DNA from: Octopus bimaculoides
Taxonomy: Eukaryota
Assembly (NCBI RefSeq): GCF_001194135.2
Contig: NC_068987.1
Location: 64,804,343 to 64,868,342, forward strand
Length of the DNA: 64,000 bases
Reading direction: 5' to 3'
Shown here piece by piece: positions 1-11,510 of this stretch (the first letter of the stretch is position 1; each line of letters begins with the position of its first letter). The notes under the pieces are model-generated. The model was not told the DNA's origin. It ran no database searches and worked only from the letters and a program-made list of their open reading frames with translations. A program made the position numbers and the translations under genes.

Positions 1-145
1 GGAGGAGTTACTTCCTGGAAAGTGCCAAGGAAGGGGAGGAAGTATTTCCTGGAAAGTTCCGATGAAGGGGAGGAAGATGAGGAATTACTTCCTGGAAAGG
101 TCTGAAGAAGGGGAGGAATTACTTCCTGGAAAGTTCTGAGGAGGG
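1..145 (+). repeat. ~34-bp minisatellite, about 4 degenerate units
   Basis: Repeated unit ggaggaattacttcctggaaagt(t/g)c..gaagg, starting near 1, 35, 69 and 112. Confidence 0.85.
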
Positions 146-1058
146 GCACCTGTCATGTTCCTGCAGAATTTGGATGCGCCAATAATGTGTAACAGCAAGC
201 ACATGATAATCAAAATTTATACTCCCGTGTTCTACAGGCAACCATCTTGAATGGAACGGCTGCTGGTCAAGATGTTCTTATTTCTCCAATGTCCCTCCCT
301 CTCTCCGATACGATCTACAAGTTTAAGCAGCTTCAATTCCCTATCAAACTCTCCTTTGCAATGGCAATAAATAAGGCACAGGGTCAATCATTGCAAATGG
401 TTGGTTTAGATCTCACAGAGCAAGTGTTCTACGGTCAACATTACGTTGGATGCTTCCGTGTTGGCAGGCTACAAAGTCTATACATTTGTGCATCAGAAGG
501 GAAAACGAGAAACGTTGCCTACAAAGAAGTGCTCCACTGAAAAAACGCCATTTCTTCACATCTTCCAAATCATCCCAGTCATCTGCCGCCTCAAAAGCTT
601 TGTACTTGCCGTGTCAGCCAACGTAAGTCAATGACACACAACTTCACTCTATCTCTCTTTCTCTCTCACATACACACACACACGCACGTCCATTTCATAT
701 ATCTCTCAATTTCTGCTCTCTGCAAATAAAATTTTTACGGATACAACTGCTCACAAAAATTGGGATTAATGTATAATTTCTTTCTATGTTCATAATTAAA
801 TAAATGTTTTAATGATTATACAGGCATCCAATAGAATAGCTCTCAGTAACAGACTACGTACAAATTCTTTCTTCACAACTCCTGAAGCCATTTTCTGACA
901 GGGGGGATGATGAAATCTTCATACAGCTAGAGGCTCCAATCGAAACAGGGGACCCGAAATGATAAGGTTGAGAAATGGTGTTATAGATTATGTCTAACCG
1001 AAAACGATTACAGCTACATCATCCAAACAGGCCGGGTGAAACCGGGTTTAGCTGCTAG
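144..1058 (+). mobile_element. Helitron 3' portion: frameshifted Pif1-like helicase C-terminus plus canonical 3' end
   Basis: GAPVMFLQNLDAP..(frameshift)..VLQATILNG..FPIKLSFAMAINKAQGQSL..GKTRNVAYKEVL* (144-540). The 3' end has a GCCGGGTGAAACCGGG hairpin (1031-1046), then CTAG at 1055-1058, then T. Confidence 0.9.
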
Positions 1059-2251
1059 TATATATATATATATNNNNNNNNNNNNNNNNNNNNNNNNNNN
1101 NNNNNNNNNNNNNNNNNNNNNNNNNNNNNNNNNNNNNNNNNNNNNNNNNNNNNNNNNNNNNNNNNNNNNNNNNNNNNNNNNNNNNNNNNNNNNNNNNNNN
1201 NNNNNNNNNNNNNNNNNNNNNNNNNNNNNNNNNNNNNNNNNNNNNNNNNNNNNNNNNNNNNNNNNNNNNNNNNNNNNNNNNNNNNNNNNNNNNNNNNNNN
1301 NNNNNNNNNNNNNNNNNNNNNNNNNNNNNNNNNNNNNNNNNNNNNNNNNNNNNNNNNNNNNNNNNNNNNNNNNNNNNNNNNNNNNNNNNNNNNNNNNNNN
1401 NNNNNNNNNNNNNNNNNNNNNNNNNNNNNNNNNNNNNNNNNNNNNNNNNNNNNNNNNNNNNNNNNNNNNNNNNNNNNNNNNNNNNNNNNNNNNNNNNNNN
1501 NNNNNNNNNNNNNNNNNNNNNNNNNNNNNNNNNNNNNNNNNNNNNNNNNNNNNNNNNNNNNNNNNNNNNNNNNNNNNNNNNNNNNNNNNNNNNNNNNNNN
1601 NNNNNNNNNNNNNNNNNNNNNNNNNNACCCGGTCAGTTTGGATGATGTGGCTGTAAAACCTGCTCTGTGTAAGCATTCGACTTCTTTGGGCTTGCTTACG
1701 TTAAAAAACAATTTTAGAATGACTTTTTTTTATCAAAACGCTAAAAATAACTGACCAACAAAAAACAACCAAGATTCAACCAAATCAAAAAATAAACCCA
1801 AATACTAAGCAAACAAAGATGAACCATCCCACTTCCATTGCACATGTACACACAAACACACATTCACATACCCCTCTTTTACACATATATTCATACAGAG
1901 TTGAAACGCTGTTTGAGTTATTTTATTTAGCATACAATTTTTATCATCCCACAACTAAGTATGACATCACTCCTTCCTTTCTCATTCAGAAACACAAGAG
2001 TATTATTATAGTAGATTATCTCGGTAACCATGGGAGCTATGAAAAAAATACAAAGCCGAGCAACACCACCGGATCATTCTACACATCTGTGTAATTTATC
2101 GCGCAATTCTACCCAGCCGTTTGACCGTGAATCCCAAGATAAGAAAGAATCGCCCATGTCAAATTTATATGTATGGATATATGCACACACACACACACAT
2201 TCTACTATGAAATTAACAACAAAGAGAAAATGGCAGAATTCATATACATAC

Positions 2252-2331
2252 CTGGTCTTGATCATAAAGGACCTCTTTCATAATCGCCAACTGTCTGCTA
2301 TTTAACTTTGCAAGATTCAATGAGATTTCAT
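2252..2331 (-). CDS. SPICE1: SPICE1 80-nt exon (DEISLNL...MKEVLYDQDQ)
   Basis: ttttccttag|AT..CAG|gtatgt; this is the C-terminal tail of track ORF 2240..2581. Confidence 0.88.
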
Positions 2332-4617
2332 CTAAGGAAAAGAAAAAAATATACTCATAGATTATATATATAGAGAGAGAGGGGGGANNNNNNNNNNNNN
2401 NNNNNNNNNNNNNNNNNNNNNNNNNNNNNNNNNNNNNNNNNNNNNNNNNNNNNNNNNNNNNNNNNNNNNNNNNNNNNNNNNNNNGGGGGAGAGAGAGAGT
2501 GTGTGTTAGGAGTAATGTACTGAATTGAATATTGAGAAAAAAAGTCTTTGGAATTTTGGAAAAAATCATATACATACACACATATAGTATAGTTTACTGT
2601 TCAGTTAAGCTAAGATTGACAAAGAAAAGTACTCCATGCATTGAGATAAATATGCTTCAATGTATACTGTATTAAAATAAGAGCTACTAATAGTTCCTTG
2701 CCATTAAGACACATGGTTAGGCAGGATTTTATAGTGTCTCATGTCTCCAAGCAATCTTTAGGCCCTGTGCACATGGTTTATTCTGTTTGAAAATCAGGAG
2801 ACTGGTACATGAGAAACCACAAGAAAAAAAAAAAGAAAAGTTTGATGTAAAAAGTGGAATAAGAAGACAAACGTAAAAAGAAAGCTAGAGCCCCATAAAT
2901 AGCTAGCCACCATAGTGGCTTTACTTTTGTCAATGTGCCAGAAAGAAGACTTGTTGCTTGCATAATGTCTTTTCAAATTATATCAGTTTATGTGAAGGCA
3001 ATTCTAAAAGACATTATGCAAACCACCAGTCTTCTTTCTGGTACATCAGCAAAAGTAAAGCCACTAAGTTAGCCAGCCACATATGAAGTTTGAAGACCAA
3101 ATGCACACCACATACAATCAAGTGGAGGTTGTGGAGAACTCTATGACATATGTAAATGGATCTAAGAAATGTGTAGCTAAAAGACTGCACATTCTTTTTA
3201 GATCCAAGAATTCCAGCACCTTATTTAATTCCAGATCTGAAATTTGCAGCAAATGCAAGCAGATGGACAAATTTTTTTTGGCGAACTGGAGGACATCACT
3301 CTCTCTGTATTGAGTAGCTGTCTTGCAGACATAGAACAAACTATGTGCTCTGAGCCTAGAGCTTGCTTAGACACAAAGCATGTTACAAAAACCTGCCTAA
3401 CCATGTATCATAATGGCAAGAAACTATTAATAGCTCTTATTTTAATATAGTGTGCATTAAACAATACACACACACACACATACATTCATTTATTCACCAA
3501 CTAATTTTCCAGCTAGCATGGGTTGGACTGGGACATATTTGTGGCAGGACTTTACAGCCGGATGCTTTTCACATCAATAACCATTATCTAAAGGATATGT
3601 TCTTTTTATACAGGTTTTCAAAAATGCCCAGTGGGCATTTGTAATGTCAACAAAGAATGTCAACATCAAATCATTGTTCACTCAACTTGTGATAAGTGGA
3701 ATAACAAGGTGATGTTACAGCTGGCAGAACTGTGAGACCTGACCTCCTATATGTAGAAGACCTGACCTCCTATATGTACACACAGAGACACAAACACACA
3801 TGCACACACACAGACACAAACACACATGCACGCAGACACACAAACAACACACACATACACATATATAAGGAAAAATAGAAAAATAATCAAATGTAAATAT
3901 AACGGATAGACATGGATAGGTGGGCAGGTGGATGGAAAGATGGACAGACAGGTAAACAGATATAAATAGATATATATATAAGTATATACATAAGTGCACA
4001 CAACACACACATGTAACAAGGACAATTCATCAAAAGTAAATATGACACAGTTGAACAGACAAACAGACAGACAAATGAGTATATGCACAGGTAAATAGAT
4101 AGATAGGTAGGTAGAGAGGTAGACTGACCTACAAAGAGAGACAGATTGACATAATTGGACATATAAAATGAGAGAGAAAGAGAGAGAGTGACATGGGATA
4201 AAAAAAGAGAAGTAGCAAAGTGTAGGTGGAATTGGTAATGTTATAAACCTTTGCCATTTTTCTTCCTGTCGTTCTGAAATTTAACACATGGTAAATGTTT
4301 TGACTGGTGAATTTTCTTGCGATACATCTGGCAGCAAAATACAAAAGGAAAAAATTAAAATACATAAAAGATGAAGAAAAAGAAATTATAGGAAAGGAGA
4401 ATGTTTGAGAAAGGGAGGCTAATACAAAGAAGACTCAACAGAGGGACCAATTATTTAAATTGATATATAGACTTCGTTTTTGGATTTGGTTTGCAAATTG
4501 AAAAGGTTGCAAGACACAATGAAAATTTTAGGAAAAATGAATAAGTAAATGAGTGGAAACTTTACCGGTGACTGTGTTAAATAATAAGGCACTAAAAGAG
4601 AATGACTCTCCCTAGAC

Positions 4618-4669
<52 letters not shown>

Positions 4670-6958
4670 TCGAAATGGTGCTTAAAGATATGTCAGAGAA
4701 AGTAGCTGATCATTGGGGATGGTTGCTGAGATGCTGATAATATCCAGTGAAGTAGAATATTCACTTAGTCAATCAAATAATACAATGACCAGCTAAGCAG
4801 TAATCTTGTTAACTAATACACACACAAAGGTGTTCTATTAAGAACTAACTAAAGAGGCATCAGAATGATAGACCAAGCTATGCAATTAACAGGAAGGGTT
4901 ACAGCACAACTTAATAGAATGAAAATTAGCTTAAACCCTTGAGCATTCAAATTAATTCGTCAACTGTAATGCTTATTCATACATTGTTTTGAATTAATCA
5001 TGTATTCTCTCATAACTTAAAGATTTCGATCATGTGATTGTTTATTTTTAGAATGACATTGTAAGGTACGTGTGAGAGGCCAGATCTGGCAGGTGAACAT
5101 AAAACAGATAGAATATTTTAAAGCAGATATGATTGATTTAAATGTTAAAGGGTTAACCCTTTAGCATTCACATTATTCAGTCAAAAGTAATGCTTATTTC
5201 TTCACATTGTTTTGAATTAATCATGCATTATCTTGTAGATTTGAGATTTTGATGATGTAACTGTAAATTTTTTAGAATGATATTGTAAGATAGGTGTGAG
5301 AAACCACATCTAGCCTGTTTTAACATAAAACAAGTAGAATATTTTTGTTGGATATGGCCGGTTTAAATGCTAAAGGGTTAAAGGAGATGTAGATGGAGGT
5401 TGTACCAGGACAGGATACCAGTAAAGCTCTTTTCCTGGTAAAACAACTACAGGAAAAGGTCACAGTAAAGAACAAACCTAGACAAGGATTTTGATAGGGT
5501 ACATGCTTTGTAGTCTGGTGGTTGCTAAGAAAAGTAAGTGCAGATACACCAATGGCTTGTACAAGCAGTATAAGTCACGTACAAAGAGGTTATCAGTAAG
5601 GTAAGAGTTAGCAACGAATTCAGCAGGGAATTTAGAGCACAGGTAGATATCTATTAGGACTTAGTTCTCAGCTACTCTTGTTTTTTAGAGTTCTGCAGGC
5701 CATATCAGAGAAGTACAAGTTCAACTGCTGGCTGGAAGTTATGTATGGCAATGACCTAGATTCCATGACTAAATGTATCAAACATTTAACCAAGTCTTCT
5801 CCACATACTCAATTCATTTGTATACATTGTCATCATCATCATCATTTTAATATCTTGCATGAATCATGACTCATGCTTGCATGAGTCAGATGGAATTTGT
5901 TGAGGAATTTGTTTTCTAAGGTCAGATGCCCTTCCTGTCGCCAATTCTTTCTCACCTGTTTCTCTGCAAGGTAATATTTCATCTTGGCTAAACATATTTT
6001 CACAAACGGTTTGAAATAAATGACACTGCTTGTATAACACCGATGCTCACTTACAACTTATAAGGTAACACAAACACACATGATGGGTTTCTTTCAGTTG
6101 CTTCTACCAACCTAAACCTCTCACAAGGCATTGATAAGCTTAAGACTATAGTAGAAGACACTTGTCCAAGGTATCATGCAGTAGGACTGAACCTGAAACC
6201 ATGTGGCTGGGAAGTGAACTTCTCAACCACTCAACCACACAGCCATGCCTAAGCTAAAAATATAAAAAATGGGAATTAACAAAATCAGAGTGCTTACAAG
6301 TTCTTCGGGATTTGACTTGTACACAGAAAGATCTGTCATAGTGTCCTGAAATAATATGGAAAAGCATTCTCACAGAAACAATTCAACCAAACTGATGATG
6401 TGCTCTTTCTTAACAGAACTCATATATTTTCCAGCATACAAGTTGAATTTTTCAGACCTAAATTTACAGCCTAATAAGGCAGTTGATTTATGACTTATAC
6501 ACTAAGACAACTTTGAAGAACCAAAAAATCTATGCGAAAAATGCAGTAGAATTTGGAAAGATAGTGACAATGTTTGAATGTTTACACTATATATGTCGAC
6601 TTGTATGCCGGAAAATACAGTATCTTCTTAGTTTCAAATAAGTATACAGTCTAACTAATCATACAAACTTGTTTTAATTATAAAAATTATCCTTAAAATA
6701 TAAACATCCATAACAATGCAAATTAACATCATCATCATTTTAATGTTCAATTTTCCATGCTTGCATGAGTCAGAAAGAATTCCTTGAGGCTGATTTTTTA
6801 TGGAATGATGCCTGTTTCTAAGCAAGGTAATATTTCCCAATGACTGAATATGTTTTTCACAGAAGACTGGAGATAAATATCACTGTTTGTATAACTGGGA
6901 TACTCACTTATAACTATCATGTGATGTCAAGACAAAGAGGCACAAACACAGACATGTG

Positions 6959-6999
<41 letters not shown>

Positions 7000-7336
7000 A
7001 TGTATATGTGTGTGTGAGTACATATATATAAATATATATGTACTGGCACTCAGTCGTTTATGATAACGATCCAGTTGATCCAATCAAGAGAACAGCTTGC
7101 TTGTGAAATTAATGTGCAAGTGGCTGAGCAGTCCACAAACACATGTACCCTTCTCAGGGAGATACAGTGTGACACAGAATGTGACAAGATTGGCCCTTTA
7201 AAATACAGATAGTACTCATTTTTGCCAGCTGAGTGGACTGGAGAAACATGAAATAGTGTCTTGCTCAAGAACACAATGTGCCACCAGGAATTGAACTCAT
7301 GACCAGCTGAATTCCCTAACTACTAAGCCATGTGCC

Positions 7337-7368
<32 letters not shown>

Positions 7369-8005
7369 ACAAGCTTCTTCTACTTTCCATCTCCCAAATT
7401 CATTCACATGGCTGCCCATATATCTATATTTATTAAAATTTATAGTTTTCTCTTCATATATGTAATACAAACACACCTATTTACACATACATACACACAC
7501 GTGTATATGTGTGTTTATATATATATGCATATATACATACATAACACTAATAACTTCTAGTTGGTGTCAGTTCTATTAACAATAGAAAAGAGAAACAATT
7601 GGTTCAGGCATAACTGTTGGGAAGAGATAAGAGGCAGATAGGACTGCTTCAAAGCCTTTTACACCAACAGAATTGAACACAGGCTACTGCAGCTTACACA
7701 ACTGAATTTAACTATGAACAGGATCTACCTAAGTAGATCCTAAGCTAGGTCAACCTAGCTTAGTAAATCCTAAGCTAGGTCGGCTCAGGTGTCAAGAACT
7801 ACATATGTCTTGTTCATTAATAATGCTGGCAACACATAACACACGGTACTTATTTCATGGTTGGTTGTCCTTTGGATACGCTATTTGGTGGAGAAAGTCA
7901 GAAGACGAAACAGAAATTACTTACATCCCATGCTGGACGTTTCTTTCTTTTTTTATTGATGTTTTTAGTTGGATACAACGGCCGTCCTTTCTTTATGAAA
8001 GACAT
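2252..8005 (-). CDS. SPICE1: SPICE1 (spindle and centriole-associated protein 1 / CCDC52) orthologue, 5'-part, complement(join(2252..2331,4249..4327,6298..6345,7925..8005)); continues beyond the left edge or into a gap
   Basis: Four AG/GT-bounded exons (81, 48, 79, 80 nt; phases 0,0,1,0) join in frame to MSFIKKGRPLYPTKNINKKRKKRPAWD-DTMTDLSVYKSNPEEL-MYRKKIHQSKHLPCVKFQNDRKKNGK-DEISLNLAKLNSRQLAIMKEVLYDQDQ. This parallels the recalled human N-terminus MSFVR..[59 protein letters not shown]. Confidence 0.88.
4249..4327 (-). CDS. SPICE1: SPICE1 79-nt exon (MYRKKIHQSKH...NGK)
   Basis: ttttgctgccag|ATG..AAA G|gtttat; read-through hits TAA after two codons, and phase 1 matches the next exon. Confidence 0.82.
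4936..5377. mobile_element. Tandem pair of ~220-bp piggyBac-like MITEs (4936-5152, 5157-5377)
   Basis: TIRs CCCTTTAGCA..TGCTAAAGGG; TTAA at 5153-5156 (shared) and 5378-5381. Further degenerate copies lie near 12405-12625, 34155-34360 and 37880-38103. Confidence 0.8.
5385..5780 (+). mobile_element. RTE-clade LINE reverse transcriptase remnant
   Basis: Degenerate translation VVPGQDTSKALFLVKQLQEK..SKVRVSNEFSREF..VLQAISEKYK..EVMYGNDL matches the RTE RT consensus (FVPGRGTTDAIFLVRQLQEK..LLYADDL). Confidence 0.85.
6298..6345 (-). CDS. SPICE1: SPICE1 48-nt exon (DTMTDLSVYKSNPEEL)
   Basis: tatttcag|GAC..CTT|gtaagc; symmetric phase 0-0. Confidence 0.88.
7925..8005 (-). CDS. SPICE1: SPICE1 first coding exon (MSF...PAWD)
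   Basis: Pyrimidine tract plus ctaaag|ATG at 8005; ends TGG GAT|gtaagt (donor 7924-7923). Confidence 0.88.
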
Positions 8006-10409
8006 CTTTAGAAATACACAGCAAACAGAAAAAAAGAAATATCAATGACAAGAAATTCCTTAATAATCATGTTTAGTTTTAAAACACATATGGAAAAACA
8101 TTATGGAAACATTTAAAAGCTTTGTAATTAATATATCAATCAATTCTTATATTTGTTACTAATGTAAGTTTATAAGGTAGGGGCAATGGACAAATGTAAT
8201 TAGTTATTTAGCCCTAGGTCAGTCATGATCCAGCAGGAATTTCATCTATGATCATCTTGTCTTCTATTTTTCAGACATAATATATCTAGGATTATTACAT
8301 TATACAGTGTTTCCTGTGTTTTTTAGGGTGTCATTTGAGGAAGTCTGCACAGCCATTCCTAACAGGTTGAGTGATCATGCTGTGACTGCCTTGCTAGTTC
8401 TTCATTACTAATATCATTGACTGAAGTGAAATGTTGTCTGATTTGTTCAGCAAATATGGGAGACAACACCAGACATGTTTCAATTTTATCAGACCTCCAC
8501 AGTGAAACATAATAATATCTCTGAAAATCCAAACAGACATGATGAACTTTCATTCAGTTTCCATCTCACAATTCCACTCACAAGGCAATGGTCTAGCAGT
8601 AGATAGTATGTATCAAGCATTAATTGCAGAGGGATTTACTTGTGATATGTAGTCTAGCATCTTATCCTTGGTGAAATATGCTCACAAAATACTATATATC
8701 ACTGGCTACTCTTTTGTTTAGACAGTGGTATAAAATCAAGCTACAGATTATTATTAGATTGGAGAGAATTTGTAAAAGACATTTTTCACAAGTTAATGAC
8801 CAGCATTAAACTAACAGTTTCCAATCTGTGGATTAGGACGACAAAATCTTTTACTTTCAAAATATTTGATGAAATATAAAATGCTCATGAATATATAATA
8901 CATAAAGACATAACCATAAAAGCCACAACACAACATTTACTGTAAACAAAAACTATTGTATATTTTCCCCAAGAAAAGTATCCAGTATTAAGCATATACC
9001 ATTTCTTGAAAATAGTTATTTTTTTATTGATTAAAAAAAAAGGTGATGGAAGATTGTTGATCGGTTTATGGTAATAAATGGTCACAAACTGTTGATCTAG
9101 CAATATTGGATTTAATACCATGTGTATCCTGACTTTTAGAAAAGGTACCCCATAACTCTCTATATGCCACAAGAAGTAATTAAAAGGGTGGGCATTAGGA
9201 AAGGCATCTAGCTGTAAAACACTGCCACAAAATGTCCTGTCCAGTGATGCCAGCATGGAAAAGTGGACAAGATGACCATGATGGTGATGAAAATGGTGGT
9301 GTTAGTGAAGATGATGATGATGATAATGATGACAGTAAAGCTGCTGATTTTACCAAAGACAAAGACCAACAGCAAAAGCAGATTGATCAGTATGGAGAAC
9401 CCAACATCTCTTGTTGGTTATGGCCCCTAAATTGTAAACAGAAGAAAATGAAGAAGAATGCTAAGGAGAACGATGCTGAGCAATATCAAAAATCTCTGAA
9501 CCCCTTTCCCTGCAAATCTTAGGTAGACATGAAATCATAAGGAGAGTTGCAATGTAGACAGAAAGTGGCAGCAGAAGGGTATCCAGGAGCAATAACCTGG
9601 ATGTGGCCAGACCTCCTTTAGCGTGAAAGGACTTAAGGGCTGAAACACTTGCATAAAGTGTGTGTGTGGAGGAGGGGGGTTCTTCTCTGAAGACCTGCTA
9701 TTAACCTCTCCCTACAGATTCTTACTACCCTACTGTATATATACAAAGGGAATGACAAGGTGAAAATGATACTGGTCAACTAATTCACTGTAGACATTTG
9801 ACTGGCAGTGAGTGGGGTTAGGACAGAAGATTAAACTTTTAATTTTATGTACTTCATCTTACCTGAAGAATTCCATCTAAGATAGACTTACCTCTGGATC
9901 AAGGATAGATGTATCTTATCTTTCATCAGCTTAATACGAATAAAACCAGATAACTACAGGCACTTAAAACATCTCTGGAATTTAGAAAGTGGTGATTCCA
10001 GTGTAGCTAGCTAATCCTTTCCTGGCTCACAATATGGCCTGATACCTATTTGTTGACTGGTAAGTTATTAGAGTGCAGCAATGGTAGTACACTGACTTCA
10101 AGGGATTTTAGTTAATTACATATGAGACCTTATACTTTTTCTGCTAGTTATTTTATCAAGATTGTAAGGGACGAAAGATAAATCTTACACATACACACAC
10201 TTTATTTATCAAGCTCTCCTAAAAGGATGAAAGGTAAAGTCAACCTCAGTAATATCTGAACAGTGTGCTGAGAGCCAGAATGACAATAAGGCAATCTATC
10301 TGACAATTCAAAGACTCAGCCAATTCATTTCACACACACACACACATAGATAGATAAACTTACTTGGAAATGGATGCATGGCGTTCAATCAAATAATAGT
10401 ATAAATAAC

Positions 10410-10680
10410 ATGCACAAGAGCAGGTGGCACATAAAATACACCATTTTGAGCGTGGCCATTGCCAGTACTGCCTGACTGGCCTTTGTGCAGGTGACACATA
10501 AAAGCACCCACAACACTCTCTGAGTGGTTGGCGTTAGGAAGGGCATCCAGCTGTAGAAACTCTGCCAAATCAGACTGGAGCCTGGTGTTGCCATCCGATT
10601 TCACCAGTCCTCAGTCAAATCGTCCAACCCATGCTAGCATGGAAAGCGGACGTTAAACAATGATGATGATGATGATGATG
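10410..10680 (+). mobile_element. Young SINE with RTE-like 3' end and (GAT)n tail (family A)
   Basis: gttggcgttaggaagggcatccagctgtagaaactctgcc..ggaaagcggacgttaaac(gat)n. Near-identical copies at ~45590-45935 (+), 52970-53132 (-) and 56198-56520 (-), with many older copies. Confidence 0.8.
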
Positions 10681-11510
10681 CAGATATGGGTATAGGACAT
10701 CACAAAACGTAAACAACATGAAATACAAAAATAAAGTTCAGTATGCAAGCAACGAGAGAAACAAATGGAAAACAAGACAAGTAACATAAAAAACGACCCT
10801 TCATCAGTGTCAGCAGTCCTTCTACTCATTATTTTGAGCAGTGAATGACAAGATAAGACTTTGAAGGCAGTTGCTCCCGAGAACCAAACTAAAATTTGGG
10901 ATTTGCAGAGGGTCAAAGTTGGTAACAAAAACAGGACAGTGGAGACATACAAGGAAACCAACTGGAAACAAACATGGAGGGTCGGTAGACCAGACGAGGT
11001 AAAGTAGTGAATGCTGGAGAAATATTGTCTTTGACAAGAGAAAAGATAGAAAGGGAAATAGATAGGAATACGTGCAATCTGTACAACAGCACTGAAGGAA
11101 AAGAAAGATGGATGATGGTCACATATGAGCAACGAGAGAGAGAGAGAGACAGATAGAAAACGGTGAAGGGGAGAAAAAAAGAATTAGAGAAAGGATGAGA
11201 GAGAAAACGAAAGGGGGAATTTTGATCAGTTTTCTTGTATGTCTCCACTGTCCTGTTTTTGTTACCAACTTTGACCCTCCGCAAATCCTAAATATTATTT
11301 TGGTTCACGGGAGCAACTGCCTTCAAAGTCTTATATTGTCAGTCAATGCTCGAAATAAGGAGTAGAAGGACAGCCGACAACTGATGAATGGTCGATTTTT
11401 ATGTTACTCGTCATGTTTTCCAATCGTTTCTCTCATTGTTCGCATACCCAACTTTATTTTCGTATTTCATGTTGTTTACGTTTTGTGATATCCTGTACCA
11501 ATACATGCAT
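10678..11510. repeat. Long inverted repeat / foldback element: arms 10678-10958 and 11229-11510, ~270-bp AG-rich spacer
   Basis: Manual alignment of the left arm with the reverse complement of the right arm gives about 31 differences in ~281 nt. No TSD recognised. Confidence 0.9.

Noticed and set aside
1-145. Regularly spaced ~34-bp repeats as a CRISPR-like array
   Set aside because: Units are contiguous degenerate tandem copies without unique spacers, in eukaryotic DNA: a minisatellite.
3083-3450. Coding-looking stretch (ORFs 3083-3313 and 3244-3450)
   Set aside because: Only vague resemblance to RTE or hAT motifs in different frames; cannot be assigned.
8359-8527. Minus-strand acceptor plus open frame RYYYVSLWRSDK...
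   Set aside because: It lies upstream of the SPICE1 ATG, has no convincing donor, its stop is inside a dispersed repeat, and no homology was recognised.
9600-9660. ..taagggctGAAAC.. resembling a hammerhead 3' half
   Set aside because: No CTGANGA core is present upstream.
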